NCBI GenBank assembly: GCA_045837725.1
Contig: JBEWZL010000257.1
Coordinates: 124,001-188,000 of the forward strand
Origin: Vermamoeba vermiformis
Lineage: Eukaryota
DNA length: 64,000 nucleotides
Direction of reading: 5' to 3'
In this document: positions 50,300-63,595 of the stretch, one piece after another
Position numbering within the stretch: position 1 is the first letter of the stretch
Layout of the letters: every line of letters begins with the position of its first letter
Made by a program: the position numbers and the translations under genes
Notes under the pieces: model-generated
Seen by the model: only the letters and a program-made list of their open reading frames with translations
What the model was told of the DNA's origin: nothing
Database searches by the model: none

Positions 50300-53200
50300 A
50301 TGAAGCGGGCTGGACAGAAGAGGAAGGCGCAACACGAAGATGACATGCCCATAAAAAAGGCCAGAAAAGTAGAGGATGCTATTCAAGCAATGGGCCAATA
50401 TGACGATGATGACAACTTCGTGGATTCGGATCAAGATCTTGACGACAACAATAACGGATACAGTGATGAAGATAACATGGATTCCGACGATGGAAATAAC
50501 TTTGAAAACGATGATGACGATGATGGAGATCAATTCGATGACGAGGACATGCCTGAACTGGCTGACATTTCTAATGGTAAGCTGTAGCAATCACAAGTAA
50601 TTGCTTATCGCATTGTTAGACGACTCCGCTAGCAAGGGAAATAAGAAGAACCGAAAGAAGAAGAAAGATCCGCTAACAAAGCTTCCTTCGAGTGACGAGA
50701 TCCGCTTATTGAAAGAAACCGAGTCGATGTTCAAGTCCAATCTGTTCCGCATGGAAATGGAGGAGCTGTTGAATGTATGCAGACCTGGCGAGTCAGAGGC
50801 GTTAAAACAAGCTATCAAAGACCTCAAGAGTGTACTCGATAAGCTGCCAGATAGAAATGTACGTAGCTTAATAAGCGAATGCGCAACTAACTGAAGAATA
50901 GGTTAAAGCTGTCAACTACAGAAAGAAGTTCCCTGGTCTGCAGTTAAAAAACAATGATGTTGCATTCGTATTCAGAGCTCCAACTAAAGTGGCAGTGGTT
51001 GGCAGTTATTTAACGCAAACAATGTCCAAACCCGAGCTCAATATTGACTTGACGGTAGAGATACCTTCCCCTTGTTTGAAGCAAGCGGATGTCAAGGACT
51101 ACAGATATTTCGATGTCAGAGCACTCTACTTGGCCGTCATTGCGGAGGAATTGACGCGTCATCAAGAGTTTAGCGAGCTACAGTGGCAGCTGTGGAGTGA
51201 GGACCCATTGAAGCCTATTCTCGTGTTGCGTCCTCAACTGAACAATCAAAAAGTGAGCAAGACCATTGTGAAGATCATTCCGTGCATTAAGAACGGTGAA
51301 TTCAAGCTGAACAAGCTGTTGCCGCACAAAGGCAACTTGACCACGGACAAAGAGAGCGCTGACGAGGCAGTGGAGGGTGAGGAGACGAGTCCTTCACCGC
51401 GCTACAACAACGCAGTGATGGAGGACATGCATTACAGCACTCACCTCGCACTCATTCACAACGCTATTGGCTCGAGTGCTTCGATCATTGATGCCGTGGT
51501 GTTGCTCAAAGTAAGTGCAATGTGAGCTGCAGGATTGGATATTGATTTGCTGCTTAGAACTGGTTGCGCAAGAGACAGAACTACAAGCACGACAGCGAGG
51601 CCGTGACTGGCTTTGTATTGACCATGTTAGTCGTGCACTTGGTGCATATTAAGCGCGTCAACAGCTTGATGAGCTCGTATCAAATCATCAAAGTGGTCCT
51701 GCAGTATTTATGTACGTACACTCGCCTTAGTATTTTATATGCCATATTTAACTCGTGTTGCAGCCACTAGCGACATATTGACAAAAGGTCTGTTCATGAA
51801 CACCGCACTGCACTCTGACGCCAAAGAAGTGCCCAGTGACGTGGCAGCAGTGAAAGAACAGTTCTTGGCTGCATTCGATGTGGTGTTTTTAGACCCCTCG
51901 TCGCGTCTGAATTTGACAGCACGTGTCTCCAAGTACGCTATGAGTGAGGTACGTCATTGTATTAGTGAATATAACAAGCGTGTGATTAACCACGGCGCAT
52001 CAGATCATTGAAGAGGCGCGCAAGTCCCTCGCAATCCTCGATGATCCGCGACACGAGCGCGACTGCTTTGAGGCACTGTGGTCCCCTGCTGGTCCCTGGC
52101 CCCTGCACTGGGACCGACACATGCGCTTGCCTGCCATGTCTGAACGCGAACTGCGCCGTGTCATTTCTATATTAGGAAAAGCTTGGGGCGAGCGTGTCAA
52201 ATTCATTCGCGTGCTGAATGTCAACGGCCCTACGACATGGGATGTGACAGGTGTCAGACCTCAACCCGCACCGATTGTCATAGGTCTGACCATTGAACCC
52301 TCCAAGGCCACTAAAATGGTTGAGATTGGTCCTGCTGCCGATGACCTCGTGTTGGCGGAGAAATTCCGAGAATTCTGGGGCGACAAAGCCGAGATTAGAC
52401 GATTCAAAGACGGCACCATTGCACTGTGTACTGGTACGTAGTGACACTATTATTAAAGTAAGTATGCAGTATACTTATCCGATCGCTAGTGTGGGAATGT
52501 CCGCTCGAAGACCGTCACGCCATCATCGAACGCATGGCGCTGCACGTGTTAGCGCGTCACGTGACACTGACCTCGCAGTACGTGCACTTCACTTCCGACC
52601 AGCTCGACTTTGCACTCGGTCATCACCTCTCGTGCGTGTCCAAGCTCGGCATGGAGCCCATGGAGGCGTGGACTGCCCTCAGCAAACACATGCGCGGTCT
52701 GTCGGGTCAATTGCCACTTGCCATCAAAGACATGCTGCTCGTGGACACCGTGTTCCGATTCACTGAACCAGTGCCCATGAAGCCCTATCCATTCACCGAC
52801 AAAGCGGGCAAGAAGTCTGAACATCCGAGCTATATTCGCCCCTTCCAAGCACTCATTCAGGTACGGCGATAGATCATTCACCGAACGGCGCATTAACCTT
52901 TTTTGGTAGTTTGAAGCGAGTGGCAGCTGGCCAGATGACTTGACGGCCATTCAAAAGATCAAAACTGCGTTCTATTTGAAGATCTCAGAAGTGTACGTAT
53001 TGACGACATATGACGACATTGTGTTTGTACTAATACGCGCCTAGTCTGAGAAAGCAAGGTGATGTGATGAGCAGCGTGACTGAAGAGCACATCGACATTT
53101 ACTATCAGGGCTACATCTTCAGATTTGAGATCTTCTATCCTCGCGAGGTGTTGTTGCTCGACAAGCTGATTGTGCATCGCAACAGCACCGATGCAGTCAA

Positions 53201-54365
53201 TGAGAAGCGCATTCATATGATCGATCGGCCTAGTCTCGCAGGGCTGATGCACTCGCTGCACTTGAAGCACTCGTCATTCGGCCTCGCTACTCGGTGAGTA
53301 TACCACTGCTAGTCATATGAACAGTGACTGACACGCACGCAGCATTGCCAAGCGATGGTTGAGCGCGCACGAATTGAGTGCTGGCCACTACTGCAGTGAA
53401 GAGCTGATTGAGCTCTTGATGGCCTATATTTACACTAGTGTCACTGCACATCGCACTCCTGCCTCGCAATTCACTGCATTCTTTAGGTACTAGTACTCGC
53501 ATGAATGATATCACTCTATAGGTACTGATGATTGCACTAGATTCTTGCACCTCTTGGCGTCATTTGATTGGTCGAACAGTCCGCTGATCATCAACTTTGA
53601 AAATGATTTGACCAAGTCTGACTTGGAGGACGTATATACACACTACGAGAAGTTGGCGGTCAAGCCTGTCGTATTTGTGGCCTACAGCCACTGCAAGATT
53701 GACAACATTTGGGTGTCTAAAAATAGACCTTCGCACCTAATTTGGAAGCGCATTGTGGCACTAGCACGCCACACGCTGGACTTGGCAGTGACCACGCAGT
53801 TTGACTTCAAGACCGGCATTGCGAAGAACTGGCGCGTCTTGTTCACCCCGAGCACGCGCGACTTCGATGTGGCGATTACATTGAAGAGCGAAGTGCTGCC
53901 ACGTCACTATCAACAGCTGGCTGGTGAGGGCGTCAAAGTGCACGTCAAGCAGTTGAGCAACAAGGTGCAAGTGACGGCATATAAGAACCTCTACAATCGC
54001 AATGTCTCGTCCAATCTGCTCGTCGACTTTGATCCCGTGCAGTGCTACTTGACTGAACTGCGCGTAAGTGTCACGTGACTGTGTACTCTTGCAGCCACTA
54101 ACCACTGCATCGATAGGAACGCTTCTCATCGCTGGCACTCTTCTTCCACGACACGTGGGGCGGTGATGTGATACACGTGGTGTGGATCCCGACCAGCTTC
54201 ATGCCGCACAAGAAGTTCAAGCTCGAGCAGAGTCTGTGCAGCAAGACTACGCGCGACGAGCACGGCAAAGTGGTGTTTGTGCCCAACAAGGACGAGATCT
54301 TGAACGACATGCGCGTGATGGGCGAGGGACTGGTGCAGGACATTGTAGCGCTCAAGAAGAAATAG
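50300..54365 (+). CDS. NOL6: Nucleolar protein 6 / Utp22 (Nrap family), multi-exon
   Basis: FKSNLFRMEMEELL, VVGSY..NIDLTVEIP, FREFWGDKAEIRRFKDGTI, FEASGSWPDDL and LLVDFDPV. Confidence 0.92.
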
Positions 54366-54446
54366 CGAGTGTTATATATAAAGCGACTTTAAGACATAAA
54401 TAGCGTGCCTATTCAATGTAGGGTTGATATTTTACAAGCGAAGAAT

Positions 54447-55516
54447 TTACAAGAAGCGTGACACCACGAGTGCCACTACGAGCACGAGCACGGAGACTAG
54501 GAAGATTTTAATATTGCGCTTCAAGTGCGAGGGCGGCACTGTCATCAGGGCTGGGATGTCAATCTGCGCATCGTGCCAGTGCTCCACAATGCCCGCCACG
54601 TGACCGAGTCCGACCACTCCGACCACGACTTGACCGCGTACTGCGCGCTGTAGGGATGTGATTGGTCAGCGAGCACGTGACTAGTCGTGCAGATCACTTA
54701 CCAGGGCGTGACAGAGATAGAGATCGCGCTCGTCCAACAAGTGTCGCTTGAAGGCTGGGAAGTGCTTGGACAGCTCGGCAATGGCCTCCGTCATCTCGTC
54801 TTTGTTCTTCATGCTGCACAAGTGCCACGTGTCAGTACCGCATATAGAAATATAAATAGTTGCAAACACTCACCTCTCAATCTGTTCCTGCGTGACGAGC
54901 AGCTTGTTGTCCTTGAGCTCCGTCATCAGCAGATAGAGCAGCTTCACTTTGCTCCACACGGACAGACCTCCCCACGTGCGTTTGATGGTCACATCGATCG
55001 GTCTGTCGCCCAGCACCACGTGCGCGGGGGGTGTCAAGCGCTGTGCCTCCTCGAAGGCCGCGCGGAACTCAATGCCCGGCACAATGTTGAGCTGTGCGAG
55101 CACGCCACTGTAGAGCTTGGTCAAGAGGTAGTGCAGCAGTCCACTCGTGCCCTGTTGACGCACTTGGGCGCGCACACTCGGCTTGGATGTGGCTGCAGGG
55201 GTGGTGTTGGTGGTGTCTGTGGGCTTGGCGTCACTCTGCAACAATATGCCTAGTCTGCTGCGACACAGCTCGAGTACCACGGTGTCGGGCTTGACGAGTT
55301 GCATGATCTGTGCAGTGTCAGTCGTGTGCGTGCACTTTGGCCGCTACGTACGGTGCGAACTTCCCGCGCACTGATCTCAGAGACGTGTGCCGTGCCCACG
55401 ACATAGACCGTGGCACCTGTGACGGGACTCTTCAATAGCTTGACTGTCGGGGGCAACATTTCTTGCGTGATCAAGATCTGCGGTTGGGCTGGAGGGGGCA
55501 CATAATTCAAGTCCAT
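54447..55516 (-). CDS. TRABD: TraB domain-containing protein with C-terminal TM anchor
   Basis: VYVVGTAHVS, KPDTVVLELC, PGIEFRAA, LGDRPIDVT, LLDERD, VVGVVGLGHVAGI and a C-terminal hydrophobic helix. Confidence 0.9.
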
Positions 55517-55815
55517 ATTTATGTGATATTTTAAAAATTAGTTTGGTGTTATTTTGTTGGTGTCAGTTGAGTTGGATCCTGTTTAGAATTTTAGGTGGAA
55601 TAAATCGCTTAGTAAGTCGCCAATAGGACGATCGTATTAATATCCACAGCAATGGTCACTAGTGTTACTGTCTATATTACAAGCTGACGAGTGCTGCATC
55701 ACTCCAGTCAATTTTGTTCTTCGACTGTCACGTGCCGGCGTTGAAATTTCATCAAAAATAATGCAATCAAGATCAGTACAATGAGTCACGACGTCATTTT
55801 AACTCCGGAGTGCAT

Positions 55816-57153
55816 TTATTTTCTGCGCATGAGAGTGACTTGATCGGCCACATTGTTGTTCTTGCTTTTGTACAGTTGGAAGCTGAGCGAGTCAGATGTG
55901 ATCTGCAACAGTCCGTAGCCGTGATGTGACATGGAGGCAGCACTCCACGAATAGGGCTGATCCATCCACTTGTCATTCAGCTTGGCTCCAGCAGTGCCCA
56001 CAGTGATGTGCACGGTACCTGCGCTGTTCTGCTGATTGTTGTACACCGCCACCGTGCGCTCATAGGCGTGCACGTGTCCTGCAAACACCACTGCCACGCC
56101 GTACTTGTGCAGCAGTGGCTCGATGGAGCTGCGCATCTGCACCTGTTCGGCACTGTTGCACCAGTGCTTCAGCGTGCAGTACAGTGCGCGGTGCATGGTG
56201 ACGATCAACCAGGGCTGCGAGCTGTCACGTGACCACCGCGCCAACTCCTGCTCCAGCCACGTGTACTGCGCACTGCCCGGGGCGAGAGAGTGTTCGCTGG
56301 ACACGGCGAAGAACACTGCTGGGCCCCACTGCCACGCGCGCCAGTACTGCGTGCCGAGTGCTTGTCGTGCCATGTACTGCGTGAAGCTGCAGCACGACTC
56401 GTTCTCGTGATTGCCCAGCGTGGTCTGCAGCATGCCGCGCGTGGCGAAGGGCATGACGAGTTCATACCACTGGTCCCAGAGCTCGGTGCTGCCGTCTGCA
56501 TAGGCCAGATCACCGAGGATCATCGCGCCGTGCAGCTGTGTCGCGCGTGCCGTGAGCAGTTGTGACACTGTGACTGCGGCGTCAGTGGTGCCCATGTCTC
56601 CAAATATGGCAATCGAGAGCGCTTGACCGGGCAGCACGTGCTTGAAAGTGAACCAATCAGACCACGAGGCGGCAGTGAATGAGGAGTCAGATCCGACGCG
56701 ATAGGTGTAGGTACCCGCAGTGGTGAGGTTAGTGAGTGCTACGCGGTGCAGATAGCCCGTGTACTGCGAATAGGTGTAGGAATAGCCCTTAAATACGAGC
56801 TTGGTGTTGTTCGGGGTCACCACTTGCACCACCGAGGGTCCATCTGACTTTGTGACCCAGAGGGCGAGCACAGAGGAGCCATCTTGCACTCTATATATAT
56901 ACATGTTATTAATTGATTGTGTACGAGGGGCATGGAGTGCGTTGTAGTTAGTGCGGGCAATTAACAAGCAAATTTCTAATTACAACCAGATCTCGCCTCG
57001 CCTACAATGACTATACACCCATATATACATAATAATAATACATATATTGCTAGTAGCTACGTACTGTGGATCGTACACCAAGTGCACTTGTTTTGGTGTC
57101 AGTGCGTGAGCCAGCGCGACACAGATCAGCAATAGAACACACAGCTTGAGCAT
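55816..57153 (-). CDS. Secreted purple acid phosphatase (FN3-like + metallophosphoesterase); 2 exons
   Basis: Signal peptide MLKLCVLLLICVALAHA and motifs FGDMG, LGDLAYA, GNHE, MHRALY and GHVHAYER. Confidence 0.9.
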
Positions 57154-57404
57154 GATTTACGAGAGCTGTTACGTGACGATGATATACAGTAATGATATAT
57201 ATATATATCCGATCGCTTGTGGCGCTGTGATCAGATCTGGTCTGAATATGTCAACGATTTTTCTTGAACACGACTACCTCGTCATACTTGGCTCACCTGT
57301 CCATTGAGTGAGACTGTATGGCATGGCAGTATGACCTGAATCGAGGTCTGCAGGGGTTCAGCTGATCTGACTGAGATAGATCCGGAGTTAATTTCACCAT
57401 CGAA

Positions 57405-59317
57405 ATGGAGCAGATCAGAACACAGCTCGAGCAACAACTCTTCAAGCTGAGTGATGAAGGGTGGGCCTATATACTCGCTGAAGTGGGCGAGCAGAACTCA
57501 TTCGCGGACATTAAACGGTTCGTGCTCGAGGTACGCTCCATCTCACTCGCGCGTGCCTCCATATTGACAGTTGTATTTTAGACCGACTTAAAAAAAATAG
57601 CAGAGCCTAGTATCCCTAAAGATCTCAAGAAGTTGCAGAATGGAGAGGTACATCTGAATTACCCAACTGAAATTGAGAAATTAATTCCAAATAATTCCTA
57701 TAATTAGATCACCGAGCGACTAGTGCTTCAAATAACATCCATAGTCGATGTCAGCGTGCCCAAAGCTCGGCGTGAGAGGCGAGGACTAGATCCGCATCGT
57801 GCTCACATGTGCGTGGTCAATTTCACCGACGGGCACGCGACACTACACGGCATTGAATACCACGCCATCGCTGATCTGCACGCACTCTCTGCTGGCGCCA
57901 AAGTGGTCATTGAACGCGCAGTCATTCGCGGGGGCTATTTGCTGCTCGACCAGCACTCGTTCAGCGCGGTATTGTTCCGCGGTCTGCAGCACGACACACA
58001 GCTGGTACGTCGCGCATAATAATAGCGATGAGATATATATATAGATATATAGATATAGATATATAAATCGATGCATGTGACTGATCATCGGTGCAGATGA
58101 TGCGCACACACGGCCAGTTGACGGGCACGCAAGGACCACCGCCCTTCACGCCACTGCCCCTCGAATCACGTGTCAATCACGTGCCTGACCAGCGCCGTGA
58201 TCAGCGGAACAATAGTCAGGACAAAAAAGGCAACAATCAGCAGAAGAATGAGAGCAAGCCAGACACAGCCAATAATAGCAACACCAAATATGGCAATCCC
58301 AACAAGCACAGTGGCACTAAGCAGGGCAATAAGAACGGTCCACAGCACAGGAATGAGGACAACAAGGGCGAGAATAGGAACAACGGTCATAGTAATAGTA
58401 GCAATACGAATAACACCAATAACAATCATAACACCAACAAGAGTGCTCGTCACACCAACACCAGCAGTGCCAATCAGAGACCGAGTCACAGTGCTAATAA
58501 TAGCAACACCAGTGCTAACACCACTCAGCGGACCAACACCCACAATACTAGCAACAAGCATGCTAATAATAGCAACAACAACACCCCTGCGAATACCACT
58601 AACAATAGCACCACCAACACCCATCACAGTGCACCAAAACAGACTGAGCACAGAACCAATGAGCCTAAAAATAGATCTAACAATCCCAAAAACAATGCTA
58701 ATAATAGCAACAAGAGTGCGGAGTACAAGCCGAAGAATGACACGCGACCTGTCAACGAGACACCTGTCAAACAGAGTGTCGCACACACCAAGCCCGACAA
58801 CACCAGAGGCACCAAGGCACGTACTGACAGGCCACAGTCCAACACTGCCAAGTACGCGCCCAAGTCCGCGCCACACGAGCACAGACGTGCAGGCCCGCAG
58901 CAGACACGGCCTGACACGAAGAGCGAAGTGACCGACAACAGCGCGTATTATCAGTCCATCACTCCGCTGCTGCAGGCACTGGTCACATTCAGACCACCGC
59001 AGCACAGCGAGGCGACCTTCATGTCCGTGCAAGTCACTTTGACACGTGTCATGTTGAGCAGTGTCACGCTGATGAATGACACGCTCGTCTGTCTCGCGCT
59101 GAGTGACTCGCTCACCGTGCTGCAAGTGGGCTGTGAACTCGCACTGCTCGCGGACATTCTCGGTGTGGCACCTGACAATGTGCCACTCGTGCTGCAAACA
59201 GCGTATCAAGTGATTGGTGCTGCACAGCCCGTGTACCATCTTGTAGCGCCAGTGCAGATCAATCAGCCAATGAATATGATCGCTGGCTATATCATGCTCA
59301 CGGACATTGAGTTGTAA
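57405..59317 (+). CDS. RMI1/TDRD3-family OB-fold protein (topoisomerase III partner) with a long Asn-rich linker
   Basis: LETDLKKIA, LVLQITSIVDVS, FTDGH..HGIEY, AGAKVVI..IRGGYLLL and GPPPFTPL, then an N/T/H-rich low-complexity region and a C-terminal beta-rich domain. Confidence 0.72.
58031..58065. repeat. Intronic (AT)n/(ATATAG)n microsatellite
   Basis: agatatatatatagatatatagatatagatatata. Confidence 0.8.
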
Positions 59318-59385
59318 CATAAATTACAGGAAAAAACAAGGCAATTTTTACAGTAATATCACAATTCTATTAACAAGGGGTGAAT

Positions 59386-60803
59386 TCACGACTGCGAGTT
59401 CGTATTATTAGTGTTCGTATGATTAGTGTTGTTCAGATCAGTGCTGTCAATGCGTGCTCGTTTAGCCACGTGTTCATCAGTGCTCTGTTCGAGTTTGCGC
59501 TTGTCACCCAGCTGCTGCAACACGAGCTGATTGATCGAGTGCCACACCTGTGTTTGCACTTCTTGCGGCTGTTGTGACAGCAGTGTCAACACGCTGCTCG
59601 AGTGCGCGTTGACGGCTGAAGTGTCGCTCTTGCTCGGAGATTGCGGATTGAGTCGTGGTGACACGCGTCGGGGCGGGGAATTGAACGTAAATGTCAGCCC
59701 AGTGCGGGGAGTGACACTTGACACGATGACAGGTGCCACTGACACAGGCACGTGTGGCACTGTTGGTGAAGGTGTGGCAGTGACAGTGCGCTCTTTGAGT
59801 GCTTCGCGTCTCTTTTTGACTGGCAACGACTGCACACTCGATGCAGCACTCGCGTTGACACCTGTCACTGTGGACTTGTTCTCCGCTGATCGACACGATG
59901 AGTACGCGTACATACTGCTAGCACGGCTCTTACCTTCGAGCTGATAGATCCATCTGAAGCTCGGCTTGCGACTCTTTGTTTGCACTTTTTCAATCAGTTG
60001 AATGCTCGCCAAGATATTTGCAATGTCGTACAAGCGTCGAATCTTGGCTGCAGTGTCACAGCGTTAGTTGATTGGACACAGACACTAGTGCTCGTTATGT
60101 AACGTTACATACTCTTCAGCTTGTTGTTCGCTTCACCCTCTTGCGCTATCAATGCTTCGGCGGCCTCATCCAGCGACAACGTCTTCTCTTCAATCTGCGC
60201 TGCGTGGAGCTCGCCGTGCAGAAACAAGTGCAAGAACTTGCGACAGGTGATGCCGAGGGACTTGTCTTTGCGACTCTCGCGCCGACTGCCGCGACTGGTG
60301 GTGCTGCTCTCGTCTTGCTGTTGACTGCTCTGTGCTTCTGCGCGCAGCTTGGGTATGGATGTCTGCAGTATCTGCAAGCCACACCAGGCGTATTTGTTCT
60401 TGGCGCGTCGCTCTACTACCTGCACACTCTCCAGTACGTTGATAATGTCGTAGATCCGCCGCCGCTCTACACCGAGCTGTTCAGCTGCTGTGTCCAAACA
60501 GATGTCTGCATTGTCACTGGCGGAGTACAGGGCCACAAAGCTGCATAATCAGAGCTCAGTATTGGTGTTGTCGTCAGCACTGCCCCTCTGAAGGTCGGAG
60601 GGGCCAGATCTAGATCCAACTTACTCTTTGCATAGCTTCTTCAAGGACTTCTCTTTGCGATTATACCGCTTGGTGGACTCATCCTTTTCAGTATTTTCAT
60701 CGCAAGGCTCTGGTGCGCTGTTCGCGGGCTGGTTTTCTTTGTCAGCATCTGCGTGTCGTTTCTGTACCAGGCCCGCCCTCGTTTCTAGCCGTTGTGTCAA
60801 CAT
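59386..60803 (-). CDS. Atypical E2F transcription factor (E2F7/8 / plant DEL type, two DNA-binding domains); start uncertain
   Basis: DBD1 [33 protein letters not shown] and DBD2 [38 protein letters not shown]. Confidence 0.9.
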
Positions 60804-61196
60804 CCCATGCAGACCTACATGCTGTTAATATGCATACTGCAATATTATATGAGGGTAACTAAGCGCCTAATCGATAGACCAAGAGAATAACTGATTGAAA
60901 GAGAAAGAAAGTTTTGGATTTGATAATTCAGCGTAATTAAAGGTTATCTTCGCTGAGTATTTGTTCGTATGATATAAAGTACATTATAATTAAATAGTAA
61001 CGCTGCAAAATAGCCTTGTTGTGTGTTTAATGGCGGATGACACCTTTTCCAATAACTATCGAGAGTGTAGAATCGATACAAGTGAGTAACTTACTTGATG
61101 TGAAGGCTTCAGTGCAAGGTGAATGAGGGAGTGTGCTGTATTCAACGCGCAGTCAATAATTGTCGTGTCGAATTCAAAAATTTTAATTTGGCAGAA

Positions 61197-61206
61197 GGCG
61201 CGAAAA
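61197..61206 (-). promoter_or_regulatory. Candidate E2F binding site TTTTCGCGCC upstream of the atypical E2F gene
   Basis: Plus strand GGCGCGAAAA matches consensus TTTSSCGC on the minus strand. Confidence 0.45.
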
Positions 61207-61341
61207 AAAGAGCGCGATTAGCCGTTGTGAATTATTACTTACGAGGGCATAACACGCATGAGACGTACATTAATGATATGATATTAACGTTTATATTACA
61301 AGTAAAACGATACAAAGTGAGCAGTAAAACAAATAACTTCT

Positions 61342-62850
61342 CTACCAGTCAGTTTTAGCACTAGATGCGGCCTTAACGTTGTTAGCCTTGCGAATAATTG
61401 ACTTAAAATACTCCAAATACGGCTTAAGAGCGGTGTTCTCGTAATCGCGAACAGAGTTCGATGCAGAGCCAGCAGCGGTAACTTGATTCACAATCTGCGC
61501 GAGGGTGGGCACCGTGTCAGGATTGAAGCGCTGCATGTCTGCAATGGGCACGCAGATTCGACCAGTGTCGCGATGGGGCACGAAGGGACTCTTCAGCAAG
61601 TGATTCATCTGCTTGGTGACTTCAATATCGAGACGTGGATAGCTGAACGTGAAGATGATGTCGCGGATCGGATCCGATTTGATGGCAAATTTCTGTGTAC
61701 AAATTAATATGTAACGATATTAGCGCACTCCACGCACCTCCTTATAGCTAGCGACGCTGTCCACGATCAAGCGCCACAAGGCTGCACTGTCATTCGCATC
61801 CACTTCACCGGTGCCAATATCAGCGACGAGCCCATCAGCCAGATCTGTTAGCAACAATTGACGTTAATTAATTGCATTCAAACGAGGCACTACGACCGTA
61901 CCAACAGGCAAGTAAGCCAAGATCTTGTTGCGCACCTCCTCGCGAGCCAACAGACCACTCTCAACACGCTGCTTGAAATAAGGCTCCAGCACGTGATCAT
62001 ATGCCCATTTTAGGGTCGGATGCAGCACCGCGTAGAGTTCTGGACGAGTAGGCACGCCCTCCCCGCCCTTGAGCGTGACTGAGAGGTACTGACCAATCGC
62101 TGCGCGCTGTTCGTGCGTGAGAGTGCGCGCTCTGCTGTCGAGCACCCAGCAGTGAATGCCTCTGCGGCCTGAGTAGATGAACATGATGTGCTCGTAGCCG
62201 AACTCCTCCTTCAACACGTGCTCCAACACTTGCGCCGCTACACGCATGAGAGGCCAGCAGAGTGCACACATGGGCGTGCGCTGTTGTTTGCAGTCACAGC
62301 CGCGCACATCGTCGTAGTCCGTCATGTCCACGTCAAACACCAGCTCTTTCTCGTCGGGTGCCATCGTGGTTTGGTGTTGCTTCGGCTGCAAGGGTCGTTA
62401 ATGGGGAATAGTTATGCGCGTATAGTCGTGACGTACTGCGACGTTATAAATAGCGCCAATATCAATCTTGAGCACTGGGTTGTTCGCGCGTGTTTTTACT
62501 AGATCTCGGCGCCAATCATCAACGTCCTTGTAGCTATTATAACGCGAATATACATCGCTACCATCGCGCATTGTTGTTGTAAAGGAGAATTCTCTGCGAG
62601 AGAAGCGAGTGTTTGGTTGATCTTTATTTTCTATTTCGACGGATTAGTTTATATTTTAATGTTAGCATGCAATTTACCTCCATATGAAAGCCACTCGCCC
62701 ATTAAATCGAACGGAAAAACGCGATCTGATGAAATTGTTAATACTACGTTATTAAGCTCTATTTCAGCTCTGTTTACCATAATAAATCTTTAGGTACTGC
62801 TTAACCTCATCGGGGTTCATAGGTTCGACTTCCATCGCGCTATTAGCCAT
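61342..62850 (-). CDS. PRIM1: DNA primase small (catalytic) subunit, multi-exon
   Basis: RREFSFT, KIDIGAIY, KELVFDVDMTDYDDVR, YSGRRGIHCWV, YPRLDIEV and HLLKSPFVPHRDTG. Confidence 0.95.
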
Positions 62851-62916
62851 AGTGACGCGTGTGTTATTGTTCAGCGAGTGATTAGGACTGGAAGAATAAT
62901 TCAAATTTTTTGAATT

Positions 62917-62924
62917 TTTGGCGG
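62917..62924 (+). promoter_or_regulatory. Candidate E2F site TTTGGCGG in the 111-bp divergent PRIM1/APC15 promoter
   Basis: Matches TTTSSCGS and lies between two head-to-head cell-cycle genes. Confidence 0.45.
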
Positions 62925-62961
62925 GCTCGTGCTTTTTGCGACCAAAATCAACAGGACAACC

Positions 62962-63529
62962 ATGTATGCTGTTAATATGCCAAAAGTTATAGTGCCTATG
63001 CCCCGAGTGCGGGATTCGGCTTGGTTTTTTGGCACTCAACCGAAGTTGATTGGGAATTCGTATCTGGTAAACGAAGAAGACATCCTCGATGCACTTGAAC
63101 GCGAGCTTCATGATAGGGTACATTAGTAGTACTAATGTAACATTATGGATATAATATAACTGCTCGATAGGACATCAAAATTCAGATGGCACCTGCGCCA
63201 ACACCAATTGGCACGCGCACTGACAAAGAGAAGGCTCGGGTAGCAGTTGGAGTCGACCCAGTTAATAATAGTGGCGAAGAAGAAGGTCAAGAGGCGATTG
63301 TAGCAGAAGAGGATCCCGACCTCGATCAACCTCTTATGTCATCCATTCAAGACGAGCAACAAGAGGGTGTCCAAGAGGAATTTATCGATGTTGAAGGGTT
63401 GGAAGAGATGGAGGGAATATACTCAGACGAGGTAATAGAGTTTCGAGCGTTGGATGCGCTTTGTACTGACACAGCTGATTGCAGGTGATTGATGCAGGTG
63501 AGTTTGAGGACTATGAAGATGACCAGTGA
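62962..63529 (+). CDS. ANAPC15: Anaphase-promoting complex subunit 15-like; 3 exons
   Basis: PMPRVRDSAWF..EEDILDALERELHDR..APTPIG followed by an acidic tail, the pattern of APC15. Confidence 0.65.
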
Positions 63530-63595
63530 AGCACCTTCATATTCGTGTAGTATAAATGTACATAAATCGCTATTAACTGTACATAGGCTTTATAT

